Shown: positions 56,496 through 64,000 of the stretch, piece by piece
Position numbering within the stretch: position 1 is the stretch's first letter
Layout of the letters: the number at the start of each line of letters is the position of its first letter
Virus record (IMG/VR): IMGVR_UViG_3300037563_000115
DNA length: 64,000 nucleotides
Reading direction: 5' to 3' (one strand)
From: an uncultured virus (IMG/VR IMGVR_UViG_3300037563_000115)
Taxonomy: Duplodnaviria > Heunggongvirae > Uroviricota > Caudoviricetes
Notes under the pieces: model-generated
Databases searched by the model: none
The model's input: the letters and a program-made list of their open reading frames with translations, nothing else
What the model was told of the DNA's origin: nothing
Made by a program: the position numbers and the translations under genes

Positions 56496-56517
56496 GTTTA
56501 AATCCTCCCTTTCCCTT

Positions 56518-56549
56518 TAAGTATAACAGGACATTGTTATCTTGTCAAG
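56518..56549 (-). repeat. 32-bp exact repeat containing a sigma70 promoter, copy 2
   Basis: Identical to 53791-53822. Confidence 0.85.
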
Positions 56550-56769
56550 GTCTATTTTTCACAGTATCACCAGAAATATGCATATCGAAGTCAGGAGACG
56601 TTTTAGAAGGTTGATAATCATGCCAGTGAAAGGTAGGAGATTTCCAGTCTCGCTTATCGTCTGGTTGAATAAAGGAACAGGCAGATAAAAATAGGGCTAA
56701 AATAGATAGCAAAAGAAATGTATCATGGCCACGAGGACAAAATTGTTTTATGGGGGATTTAGGAACCAT
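56545..56769 (-). CDS. Putative lipoprotein with an HNH-derived N-terminus
   Basis: KQFCPRGHDTF followed by a hydrophobic stretch and LSAC lipobox. Confidence 0.5.
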   Translation of the reverse strand: MVPKSPIKQFCPRGHDTFLLLSILALFLSACSFIQPDDKRDWKSPTFHWHDYQPSKTSPDFDMHISGDTVKNRP

Positions 56770-56770
56770 G

Positions 56771-57970
56771 TTATGACTCTATAATCCTCACACTATCAGC
56801 TTCTACAGGATGAATATATTCCAAAGCTTTGTAGAAACGTTCTACAACTGTTTCAGGAACTTTCTTCTCTCTGTTTGCATTTCTTTCTAACAAAGTCTTT
56901 AAAGGGAGATCCCAAAAAATAGCGGAACACAAAGCCCCATGCTCTCTAGCAATTCTAAATAGTATTTTACGCAATTTAAAAGTAGGATTTGTACAATCCA
57001 CTATACAACTCTGTCTATTTTTCATAGCTTCTCTAAGTGTATGTTCTTGCCAACCAAATATTTCATTATTTCTAGACTGATCATTTATATCACCGCATAA
57101 CTTTTTTCTTTGGTCATCCATTGATATAACCTTAGCTTGGGGATACTGTTTCTCTAATTGATTTCTAACCGTAGTTTTTCCGCTTGCAGGAGCCCCAATT
57201 AGCAAAAGTATTTGAAAGGGGGGAATAGGCTTCCCCATAATTTCTTTAGCTTCGTCTAGTGTTTCAATTGTTTCAGGAGCATCTTCAACTAAAATATTCC
57301 ACCTAGCCAAAGAATAAGAAGCATTATCAAGATGGGTAGCTAGAGGTATTCTGTAATTCTTATTCCAGCATCCTGAATCAAGGCAATTTTGACGAAAAAG
57401 TTCCAAGGCAAACATCCCCGTTCTCATATCTGCTGCCTTACGACCTAATGTATCAGCTTGAGAGAGAAGATAAAGAAGTTTGGTATTCACAACTAATGAG
57501 AGCATCTTGAGTTTATTTATTGTAATTCCATCTGTGACATTCTTTCGGGCATCCATATGATATCTTATCAAATTCAATATTTGAAGTCTCATTGGATATT
57601 TAAACTCTGGAAAGTATTTAAATAAAAATTCTTTAGCTAACCACACACCATCTTTTTCATGCCCGTAAGCAGTGACAGTACCTTTTTTAGGATGGATTGA
57701 ATAGGTTGCTGGCTTGCCAATATCGTGAAGAATTGCACTTAAATATAGAGCAATTTGATTTTCCTTCTTTTCAATATGTTCTGCTTCCATAAGTTGTAGA
57801 ACTACACTAGAGGCCATTTGGCTATGCACAAGAACGCTGCCCTCTAGATGGTGAGGAGGGCTCTGCTGGCAATCAGCCATTAATTTGAACTCAGGTATCT
57901 CTTCTACATACTGAAAAAGATCTACTGGCTGTAAAGCAATTACCTTATCATGGAACTCTTGCAGACTCAT
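56771..57970 (-). CDS. HD-domain plus P-loop kinase (polynucleotide kinase-like RNA repair protein)
   Basis: HHLEGSVLVHS, LHDIGK, YGHE, RYHM, ADTLGR; GAPASGKT, IVDCTN, LLERNANR. Confidence 0.85.
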   Translation of the reverse strand: MSLQEFHDKVIALQPVDLFQYVEEIPEFKLMADCQQSPPHHLEGSVLVHSQMASSVVLQLMEAEHIEKKENQIALYLSAILHDIGKPATYSIHPKKGTVTAYGHEKDGVWLAKEFLFKYFPEFKYPMRLQILNLIRYHMDARKNVTDGITINKLKMLSLVVNTKLLYLLSQADTLGRKAADMRTGMFALELFRQNCLDSGCWNKNYRIPLATHLDNASYSLARWNILVEDAPETIETLDEAKEIMGKPIPPFQILLLIGAPASGKTTVRNQLEKQYPQAKVISMDDQRKKLCGDINDQSRNNEIFGWQEHTLREAMKNRQSCIVDCTNPTFKLRKILFRIAREHGALCSAIFWDLPLKTLLERNANREKKVPETVVERFYKALEYIHPVEADSVRIIES

Positions 57971-58425
57971 TGCACAAGTCCTTTCAATTCCTCTGTAAGC
58001 TTCTTAATCTTTTTGCCCAGTTCAGCATACTCCTCACGAAAGGGCTGCACCTTTCTCCAATCCAATATCATATGCCAACTATGTCTAATTATCTCAAGGA
58101 ATACTCCAGCTATACCCGCATACCAAAATTTCCATACCCATACGAGAGGAAATATCTTATGCATACCAAGCATCAAGACTGAAACACTCACTCCTGCAAT
58201 TATACTTAATCCAATACTTAGCAATTCATTCTTACGAAGCTTTGCATATTCATCAAAGACCATATCCACAATTTCAGGTGGAACCATCTTTGAAAGATAC
58301 TTAAGCTCTGACAACTTAGAAGCGTATAGAAAATCTTTTCGCTCCTGTGAACCTTCAGGATAAGACAAGTAGATCAAACGCTTACAACGTAAAAGATCTA
58401 TTCTTACAAGATCAGGATCAAGCAC
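57967..58425 (-). CDS. Two-TM membrane protein
   Basis: Two hydrophobic segments. Confidence 0.55.
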   Translation of the reverse strand: MLDPDLVRIDLLRCKRLIYLSYPEGSQERKDFLYASKLSELKYLSKMVPPEIVDMVFDEYAKLRKNELLSIGLSIIAGVSVSVLMLGMHKIFPLVWVWKFWYAGIAGVFLEIIRHSWHMILDWRKVQPFREEYAELGKKIKKLTEELKGLVQ

Positions 58426-58567
58426 GTAAAACTCCTTACTTATTCTTTAGTATTAAAAACTATATAGAGAACAGCAGCCAATACAACAGTAACAGCCACA
58501 TATCCCAATACAATACTCGTTATTACAAAAGAGACATCGATAGGATTCATTTTAAACCTCCTAATTC

Positions 58568-58596
58568 AGTATAACAGATTATCAGCTATCTGTCAA
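58568..58596 (-). promoter_or_regulatory. Sigma70-type promoter
   Basis: TTGACA-N17-TATACT followed by AGGAGG. Confidence 0.8.
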
Positions 58597-59135
58597 GTCC
58601 TTTTCTTTTTATTTGCTCCTTTATTAACTGCATCAGTTGCATTTTTAATAGCTGCATCAAAATAGGCTTTATTTTTAATATGCTGCTTAACATATCTCTT
58701 AAAAATAAATTTCGCAGCTAATTTAATATCAGGAAATGTATGATCCGCAGGAACAAGTATGTTCACCCATCCCATAAAATCACCAGCAAGTCTTTGGGGC
58801 GCGATCATGATAACAGGTATCCCGATAATCTGAGCATATCTCCATTCAAGTAATGTCCCCTCAGAAACTACGTCACCAGTAAGAACCAAGATTGCATCTG
58901 ATCTGCGAATCAAAAACAAATCATGATCCACCATCGAAGACATTACGCGCCTCGTGAACTTTGCACTTATCTTTGCCCGTTTATTTCTATCCCACAACAA
59001 TTCTTCACTAGCTGCTGGGTCCACAGCCCTAATCCCGTAACGAGCTAATTCAGTGGTAGCGCGTTTACGTTCAGACTTTACATCTTCAACGTATCTGTTG
59101 CTCATCTTGCCACTCAAATATACTCTGAGAGACAT
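58593..59135 (-). CDS. Nucleoside 2-deoxyribosyltransferase-like protein
   Basis: VYLSGKM, DLFLIRRSDAILV, SEGTLLE, GIPVI. Confidence 0.8.
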   Translation of the reverse strand: MSLRVYLSGKMSNRYVEDVKSERKRATTELARYGIRAVDPAASEELLWDRNKRAKISAKFTRRVMSSMVDHDLFLIRRSDAILVLTGDVVSEGTLLEWRYAQIIGIPVIMIAPQRLAGDFMGWVNILVPADHTFPDIKLAAKFIFKRYVKQHIKNKAYFDAAIKNATDAVNKGANKKKRT

Positions 59136-59169
59136 AGAATTTACCTCCTATATAAAAATTCCCCCAAAT

Positions 59170-59397
59170 TTACTTTACTACTGGAGGTGGAGTAGCTGTA
59201 ACTGGTGCTGCAGGTGCTGGAGCTGGTGTTACTACTGGTTTCTCTGCAACTGGCTCTACTGGTTTATCTACAACTGGTGGAACCACTGGAGCTACAGGCT
59301 TCACTACTGGCTTTTCTGTCACCATATCTCGAAGCCATGGGGCAACTCTCTGGAACGGTGGTGGTGGTGTCTGGGGTGGTAGCGGATTTTCTGGCAT
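59170..59397 (-). CDS. Pro/Val-rich low-complexity protein
   Basis: KPVV/PVAP repeats; AGGAG RBS. Confidence 0.5.
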   Translation of the reverse strand: MPENPLPPQTPPPPFQRVAPWLRDMVTEKPVVKPVAPVVPPVVDKPVEPVAEKPVVTPAPAPAAPVTATPPPVVK

Positions 59398-59932
59398 TGT
59401 ATTTCTCCTTTATTTAGTAACTTTAGAACGAAAATTTCCATCAACAAATAAACCGTCTGGGTATCTATGAATGGACCAATAGCCTCTCATAGCTTTTGAT
59501 TCTGTTGTACCTATAAGCCAAAGTTGAGAATAATCAGAATTATACAATACTTTTACAATATGGCCATCCTCATCTTGGATAGACATGACAAATAAACTAT
59601 TCTTCTGTTTCGGTGACTGATTTTCGAATAGAGTCATCTTCAATCTCCTTATTCATTTCAGCGACATAATAATTGAATATTGCAAAAAATGCTCCTGCAC
59701 CCAACACCCATAAAATATGAAATGTAGCTCCCAATACTGCTACCATAATATTTATACCACACATCACATAGCTCCACTTAGAATTTAAGATAGGTTTCAT
59801 ATGCACTCTTCGAATCTTCAACGCCTTGCTTATAATATCCCATATGCCATTCTAAGGTATCAAAAAATGCTGTAGCAGCAAAGAAAGCAACAACAAAAGT
59901 AACTAGTAAAATAACTCCAGTAGTTAATGCTC

Positions 59933-61063
59933 TCATATTTTAGTCCTTCCATCTACATGCTCTATCTCACCTAACACTTTAAACATCTGTTTCCTATCTA
60001 CTTGCTTTCCATCTAACAAGCTAAATAGAAACCCCTTTAAATGAGCTGGAACATTTTTTATGACCCACGCTGCATACTCTTTCCTGGGTCCCTCTTTAGG
60101 AGCTTTCTCAAACCAAGTATAGCATTCTTTTTCTAATTGTGCAACCCTTTTCTGAAAATAAGTAATTTTATCTAATACTTCTCGGCGATACTCTTCTGGA
60201 GCTAAAGTAGCCAAATTAGGTGCTGTACCATCAGATACAGCTTCTAAGATGTTCCTATCGCTTAAATGGCTTATAAAGCGGTGGGCGGCCAAATAAGCAC
60301 TACCCTTGACCTTGACCATTATATCCGCTGGAAACCTTAAAACGAACCCTTCATCGAGGACTGGCAGACCCTTGGCAGTCTCAATAAGCTGATCTAATGA
60401 ACTAAATGAATAAGTCTTAAATGTAGGCATTTTAAGCTTCTCAGCCATTATAGCCAATTCATGGAACGAGGCCAATTTATTAGAAACATGATGTTTATAC
60501 CCGATAGGGTATAATCCTTCAGGATAACCCTTTTTAGCGTAGTCAATAACGATCTGAAAGCGTTTTGTAACTAATTCAAACATAAGTGTACCCTTTAGGG
60601 TATAATCTCGCAATAGCTCTTCCTGCTCAAAAGTAAGAGGTAACTCATTAGCATACTTTCCATGCTCCGAATCAAAGGAACCTTTAGTAGTGAAAGTAAC
60701 TGTATCCGTATTGGGGTCAAGGAAGGTAATAATTAGGGACCCGTCAAGCTTCTCACTTGTCTGAAACTCACCAAGAGAAACAAGATTATCATAAGAGGTT
60801 TCAGGCATCTGTCCAAGATTAAAGAACTTATCAAAAGGATAAGCAAGGACCTTTCTATTCTTCATATCCAGGATAAGTCCACGAGACATACGAGCAAAAG
60901 TATTCCAAGTATTATCCCAGGTGCAAGAGTCCTGATAGTGAAGCATTACGACATTTGGAAATCTAACAGATTCAATCACATAGACAGAATTAGTTTGAGC
61001 ATGTTCCTTAAGCCCAGCTAAGTCCCATAATTTATTGCTCGTGATATACTGCTCTGGTGTCAC
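59933..61063 (-). CDS. RNA ligase, T4 Rnl1-like
   Basis: SRGLIL..PFDKFFN, EKLDGSL (motif I), TKGSF, LMFEL, EGFVL, VKVK..YL. Confidence 0.9.
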   Translation of the reverse strand: MTPEQYITSNKLWDLAGLKEHAQTNSVYVIESVRFPNVVMLHYQDSCTWDNTWNTFARMSRGLILDMKNRKVLAYPFDKFFNLGQMPETSYDNLVSLGEFQTSEKLDGSLIITFLDPNTDTVTFTTKGSFDSEHGKYANELPLTFEQEELLRDYTLKGTLMFELVTKRFQIVIDYAKKGYPEGLYPIGYKHHVSNKLASFHELAIMAEKLKMPTFKTYSFSSLDQLIETAKGLPVLDEGFVLRFPADIMVKVKGSAYLAAHRFISHLSDRNILEAVSDGTAPNLATLAPEEYRREVLDKITYFQKRVAQLEKECYTWFEKAPKEGPRKEYAAWVIKNVPAHLKGFLFSLLDGKQVDRKQMFKVLGEIEHVDGRTKI

Positions 61064-61377
61064 TTGTTATTCACCCAATACTTAACTTCTAATGCTGTCT
61101 TTTTCTTATGATCAGGAATAGTTAATGGCTGAATATTTTTATAATTAACTGCCTTAAGAAATTGTTTCCTATTAGTTAAATCAAATTTCCACAAGGAAAC
61201 TACATGGTCAAGTTGCCAATATTTCCCATAATTATTCCAAGTCATTCCTCCATAGAACTTTTTCTCGATGTATCTCTTAAAATATTTGATAGAACATCTC
61301 CCAAATTTATTTCGTCCTTTAGGGAGAAAAGTATCATGCCCTCTTTTACAAAATTGTTTTTTCCACCCTTTAGCCAT
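61060..61377 (-). pseudogene. Internally deleted HNH endonuclease
   Basis: [11 protein letters not shown]...GRC joined directly to SIKYFKRYIE...MTWNNYG..WQLDHV..NIQPL; the central part seen in the window's other HNH genes is absent. Confidence 0.55.
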
Positions 61378-61867
61378 GTTTCTTTTCCTTTTTCAGTAAT
61401 TCTTTTTTATCATAAATTAATTGCAAATAATCGACATTATTTATTGTCTCAAGCTGAATTGAGCACGTCACTCTTCCTTTTCGTACAACTCGATCCTGAA
61501 TCCTTTTGATTAAATATGGGCAACGATATGTACCAACCTGGATAATAATTGGATAATCAATCCATTCAAGACCCGTCAATTTGAAAAATGTTGATCTTTT
61601 CTTAAGCAGCATATCAGTAAACTCAGCTCGAACATTCCTAAGTTTTAGCCATTTCTTAAGCTTAGGAGCACTTTCCTCAAATGCTTTCGCCGTGGTCTTC
61701 TCACCTGTCACAGCATTAATGATTCCAACAGTCACTTTGTTAGGTTGCCATTTTTTATTATAAACATATACTCGTCTTTTAGTTTTATGCCTTCCCAATT
61801 GAGACCAAAAGCTTTGTTGATTGGTAGCAAGCCTTACAAATGTTTTCTGAATTCGATTGAGGCTCAT
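61370..61867 (-). CDS. Basic hypothetical protein with weak variant tag NNVDYLQ
   Basis: 165 aa, ATGA overlap. Confidence 0.55.
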   Translation of the reverse strand: MSLNRIQKTFVRLATNQQSFWSQLGRHKTKRRVYVYNKKWQPNKVTVGIINAVTGEKTTAKAFEESAPKLKKWLKLRNVRAEFTDMLLKKRSTFFKLTGLEWIDYPIIIQVGTYRCPYLIKRIQDRVVRKGRVTCSIQLETINNVDYLQLIYDKKELLKKEKKHG

Positions 61868-62412
61868 TTACCTTCCCCCTGATTCAAAATTTCATCAACC
61901 TTGTCATTAATTTTCTGAGTAACATTTTCAGCCACCTGCTGCTTAATCTGTTCTCGCAAATCCTCTGTCTCGACAGGATCAAGCAATGTCTCTGTAGACA
62001 TCTTTGTAACAGCATCATCTACCATTTTATTATATTTCTTCTTAGATCGTCTCTTACCCTTCTTATCAGTCTTGGAAATAAGCTTTAAAGTATTTGTATG
62101 ATCTTTATGCTTTTTGATTCGGGTATAAATAATTAGTGCTGTTGCAGTTCCAGTAACAGTGCCTAACGTGTAGGTTATATAAGGACTTAGCAACCAAAAA
62201 TCATGAGTACCATGCAAAAACTTTTCCCAAAATACTACTATTGTCCCAAAAATATACAGGTTGACCCCCATCTCGAACGTTTTATTCACCAATTGGAACA
62301 TAATTGTAGAGAAAAGCTTTAGCCTCGACAAAAGAATTTTTTGATATTGGTCTATCACATACTCAACAAGCCCAATAAAGAACAGTCCGATTGAAAGCCA
62401 TAGGAGATTCAT
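61864..62412 (-). CDS. Membrane protein
   Basis: Several hydrophobic segments and a charged C-terminal tail. Confidence 0.55.
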   Translation of the reverse strand: MNLLWLSIGLFFIGLVEYVIDQYQKILLSRLKLFSTIMFQLVNKTFEMGVNLYIFGTIVVFWEKFLHGTHDFWLLSPYITYTLGTVTGTATALIIYTRIKKHKDHTNTLKLISKTDKKGKRRSKKKYNKMVDDAVTKMSTETLLDPVETEDLREQIKQQVAENVTQKINDKVDEILNQGEGK

Positions 62413-62421
62413 AACACCCTC

Positions 62422-63009
62422 TTATTTGTCATTCAAAACTAAATCCACAGCAATCTTTCGCTTCATAAATGCCTTCCAATATTTTTGAGAATACTTGCCA
62501 CTCTTAAATCTAATTAATCCATTATAGGCCATAATAGCTTTTTTATAATCAGGATATTTCTTATACTTGCCATCTAACACTCTAAAGGCCATGTGAGTAT
62601 TAATATTTACGTCATAATAGTTCTTATGGATATTAAAATCCCCAAACTCATCTGGCATAATTTGAAAGATCCCACGTTCTCCATGCGTTCCACCCTCATA
62701 CTGATGAAAACCTGATTCAATCCAAGCTAAAGCAATGAAATCATTCCTAGTGAAAGGACCATTAGGATAGTACTTTATTAAATTCTTATCAATTTCTTTA
62801 AGCATTGAAACTACAACAGCCATATGAACTGGCAATCCCTCTCGAAATAACAAATCATTTAAATCTGCTGCTTGTTTATAATAAACCAATTCCGTTTGAA
62901 CTTTAGCTGGGGCACTTGCATGACTAGCAAGCACAAGTCCACTATCTAATGGAATAGAGAATAGACATATAGACAAACCAACTAAGGATATCTTATGATG
63001 CACTCTCAT
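62422..63009 (-). CDS. Lytic transglycosylase (SLT/lysozyme-like) with signal peptide
   Basis: AWIESGF (catalytic Glu), GIFQIMP, AIMAYNG. Confidence 0.85.
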   Translation of the reverse strand: MRVHHKISLVGLSICLFSIPLDSGLVLASHASAPAKVQTELVYYKQAADLNDLLFREGLPVHMAVVVSMLKEIDKNLIKYYPNGPFTRNDFIALAWIESGFHQYEGGTHGERGIFQIMPDEFGDFNIHKNYYDVNINTHMAFRVLDGKYKKYPDYKKAIMAYNGLIRFKSGKYSQKYWKAFMKRKIAVDLVLNDK

Positions 63010-63219
63010 AATTTCCTCCCTTTACTTCAATGGCTCCTGGCAATAACATTTAGAATGTCTTACTAATTTACTGTCTATTCCTCCAACTCGTTTCCAATTA
63101 CTTTTTGAATCTTTAATAAAATCAATCATTTTGCCACAATAATAGCATAACTGATACCAAGGTGCACCTTTACTTGTTAATGCTGGTCCCAATTGCCATT
63201 TAGATTTTTCCATACAATA

Positions 63220-63248
63220 AGTATATCAGATAGTTAGCAATATGTCAA
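63220..63248 (-). promoter_or_regulatory. Sigma70-type promoter (leaderless)
   Basis: TTGACA-N17-TATACT, 6 nt before ATG 63213. Confidence 0.8.
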
Positions 63249-63554
63249 GGCCCAATTTTACTCTATTTTAATAGCCAAATTGATAGATTACAGATACCCC
63301 AAATCCTAACACCATCAAATGTCCTTCCCATGAAATATCACTACAATGGCTTAATTGAAGCAACGTAGGAGCAGAAATAGAAAATAAACGTTCCCATTCA
63401 CCATAGTCATTCCTTTCTTGAGTAGGAAGAGTAATAGAAGGAACTCTTAAAGCTAATGTGATCCAAGGAAATTCTTTTCTAGGAAAATTAGAACTTCTAT
63501 TATTAAAAAGCTTAATCGTCCAAGTGTTTAATTTAAGTTCAAATCGTCCAATAG

Positions 63555-63998
63555 TCATATAATTCCCTTATCTAGATCTCGTAGTTTCTTTAACACTTCA
63601 ATTGTAGCCCAGGTATCACCAAAAGCCGTATGCAACCCACGCATAGGTACATCAAAATATTCTCCCAATTCTTTCAATGAGCCTCCCAAATCTCTAGGTA
63701 CTTTTCCAGTAAGTTTAAGAAATTGAACAATACATCCTGTATCCAGATATCGGTAGGATACAAATTTATTCCAATTCTTTGTGAGATGTTCTTTGATAAA
63801 TTCAATATCATGTTCTATACCGTGTCCCACTGGCATTAATTTCACAGATCCCTGGGGAGAATGCTCTTCTAAAAATTCATACAATAAAGTAGCAGCTTTA
63901 CTCTCTGTAACAGCTTCTTTATCATGCTGCACTAAGTCAATACCATTTACTTCCAAAGCTTCTCCTCTAACAAGATAATTACCATCATTGGGCTTACT
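63555..63998 (-). CDS. DEDDh 3'-5' exonuclease (5' end outside the window)
   Basis: Frame open to the window end; ALEVNGI, VGHGIEHDIEF, YLDT, LHTAFGD. Confidence 0.85.
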   Translation of the reverse strand, partial: SKPNDGNYLVRGEALEVNGIDLVQHDKEAVTESKAATLLYEFLEEHSPQGSVKLMPVGHGIEHDIEFIKEHLTKNWNKFVSYRYLDTGCIVQFLKLTGKVPRDLGGSLKELGEYFDVPMRGLHTAFGDTWATIEVLKKLRDLDKGII

Positions 63999-64000
63999 CT

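Noticed and set aside
52..63978. All plus-strand ORFs in the track (e.g. 23212-23670, 28898-29521, 57950-58363)
   Set aside because: They are antisense shadows of longer, motif-bearing minus-strand genes, with no RBS or recognisable motifs.
1..64000. Stop-codon reassignment, as in some large phages
   Set aside because: Very long ORFs are intact under the standard code, and TAA, TAG and TGA all end genes at sensible boundaries.

Overview
AT-rich 64 kb segment of a large tailed (Caudoviricetes-type) bacteriophage genome. Essentially every credible gene is on the minus strand and is read with the standard code. From right to left there are three parts. (i) An early/accessory region (about 64-32 kb) driven by near-consensus sigma70 promoters (TTGACA-N17-TATACT). 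It encodes a DEDDh exonuclease, lytic transglycosylase, two RNA ligases, an HD-kinase, a nucleoside deoxyribosyltransferase-like protein, a DnaC-like ATPase, two ClpP homologues, peptide deformylase, a degenerate ThyX and dozens of micro-ORFs. (ii) A block of large modular proteins (about 31-4 kb) interrupted by homing endonucleases and deoC. (iii) The terminase large subunit and a portal-like gene running off the left edge. Two features stand out. First, about 40 otherwise divergent small genes, most of them Cys/His metal-finger microproteins, share a near-C-terminal N-L-x-Y-L-E tag that is conserved at the protein level and often overlaps the next gene's ribosome-binding region. Second, the large proteins are strings of domains separated by (S/A)-S-L-K-x-A / K-x-A linkers, suggesting protease-processed virion polyproteins. 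They carry NTase, ART-like, HAD, 2H-phosphoesterase and HExxH modules plus eight copies of a domain I do not recognise. No tRNA, rRNA or CRISPR array was seen. All calls come from motif reading by eye; no searches were run.
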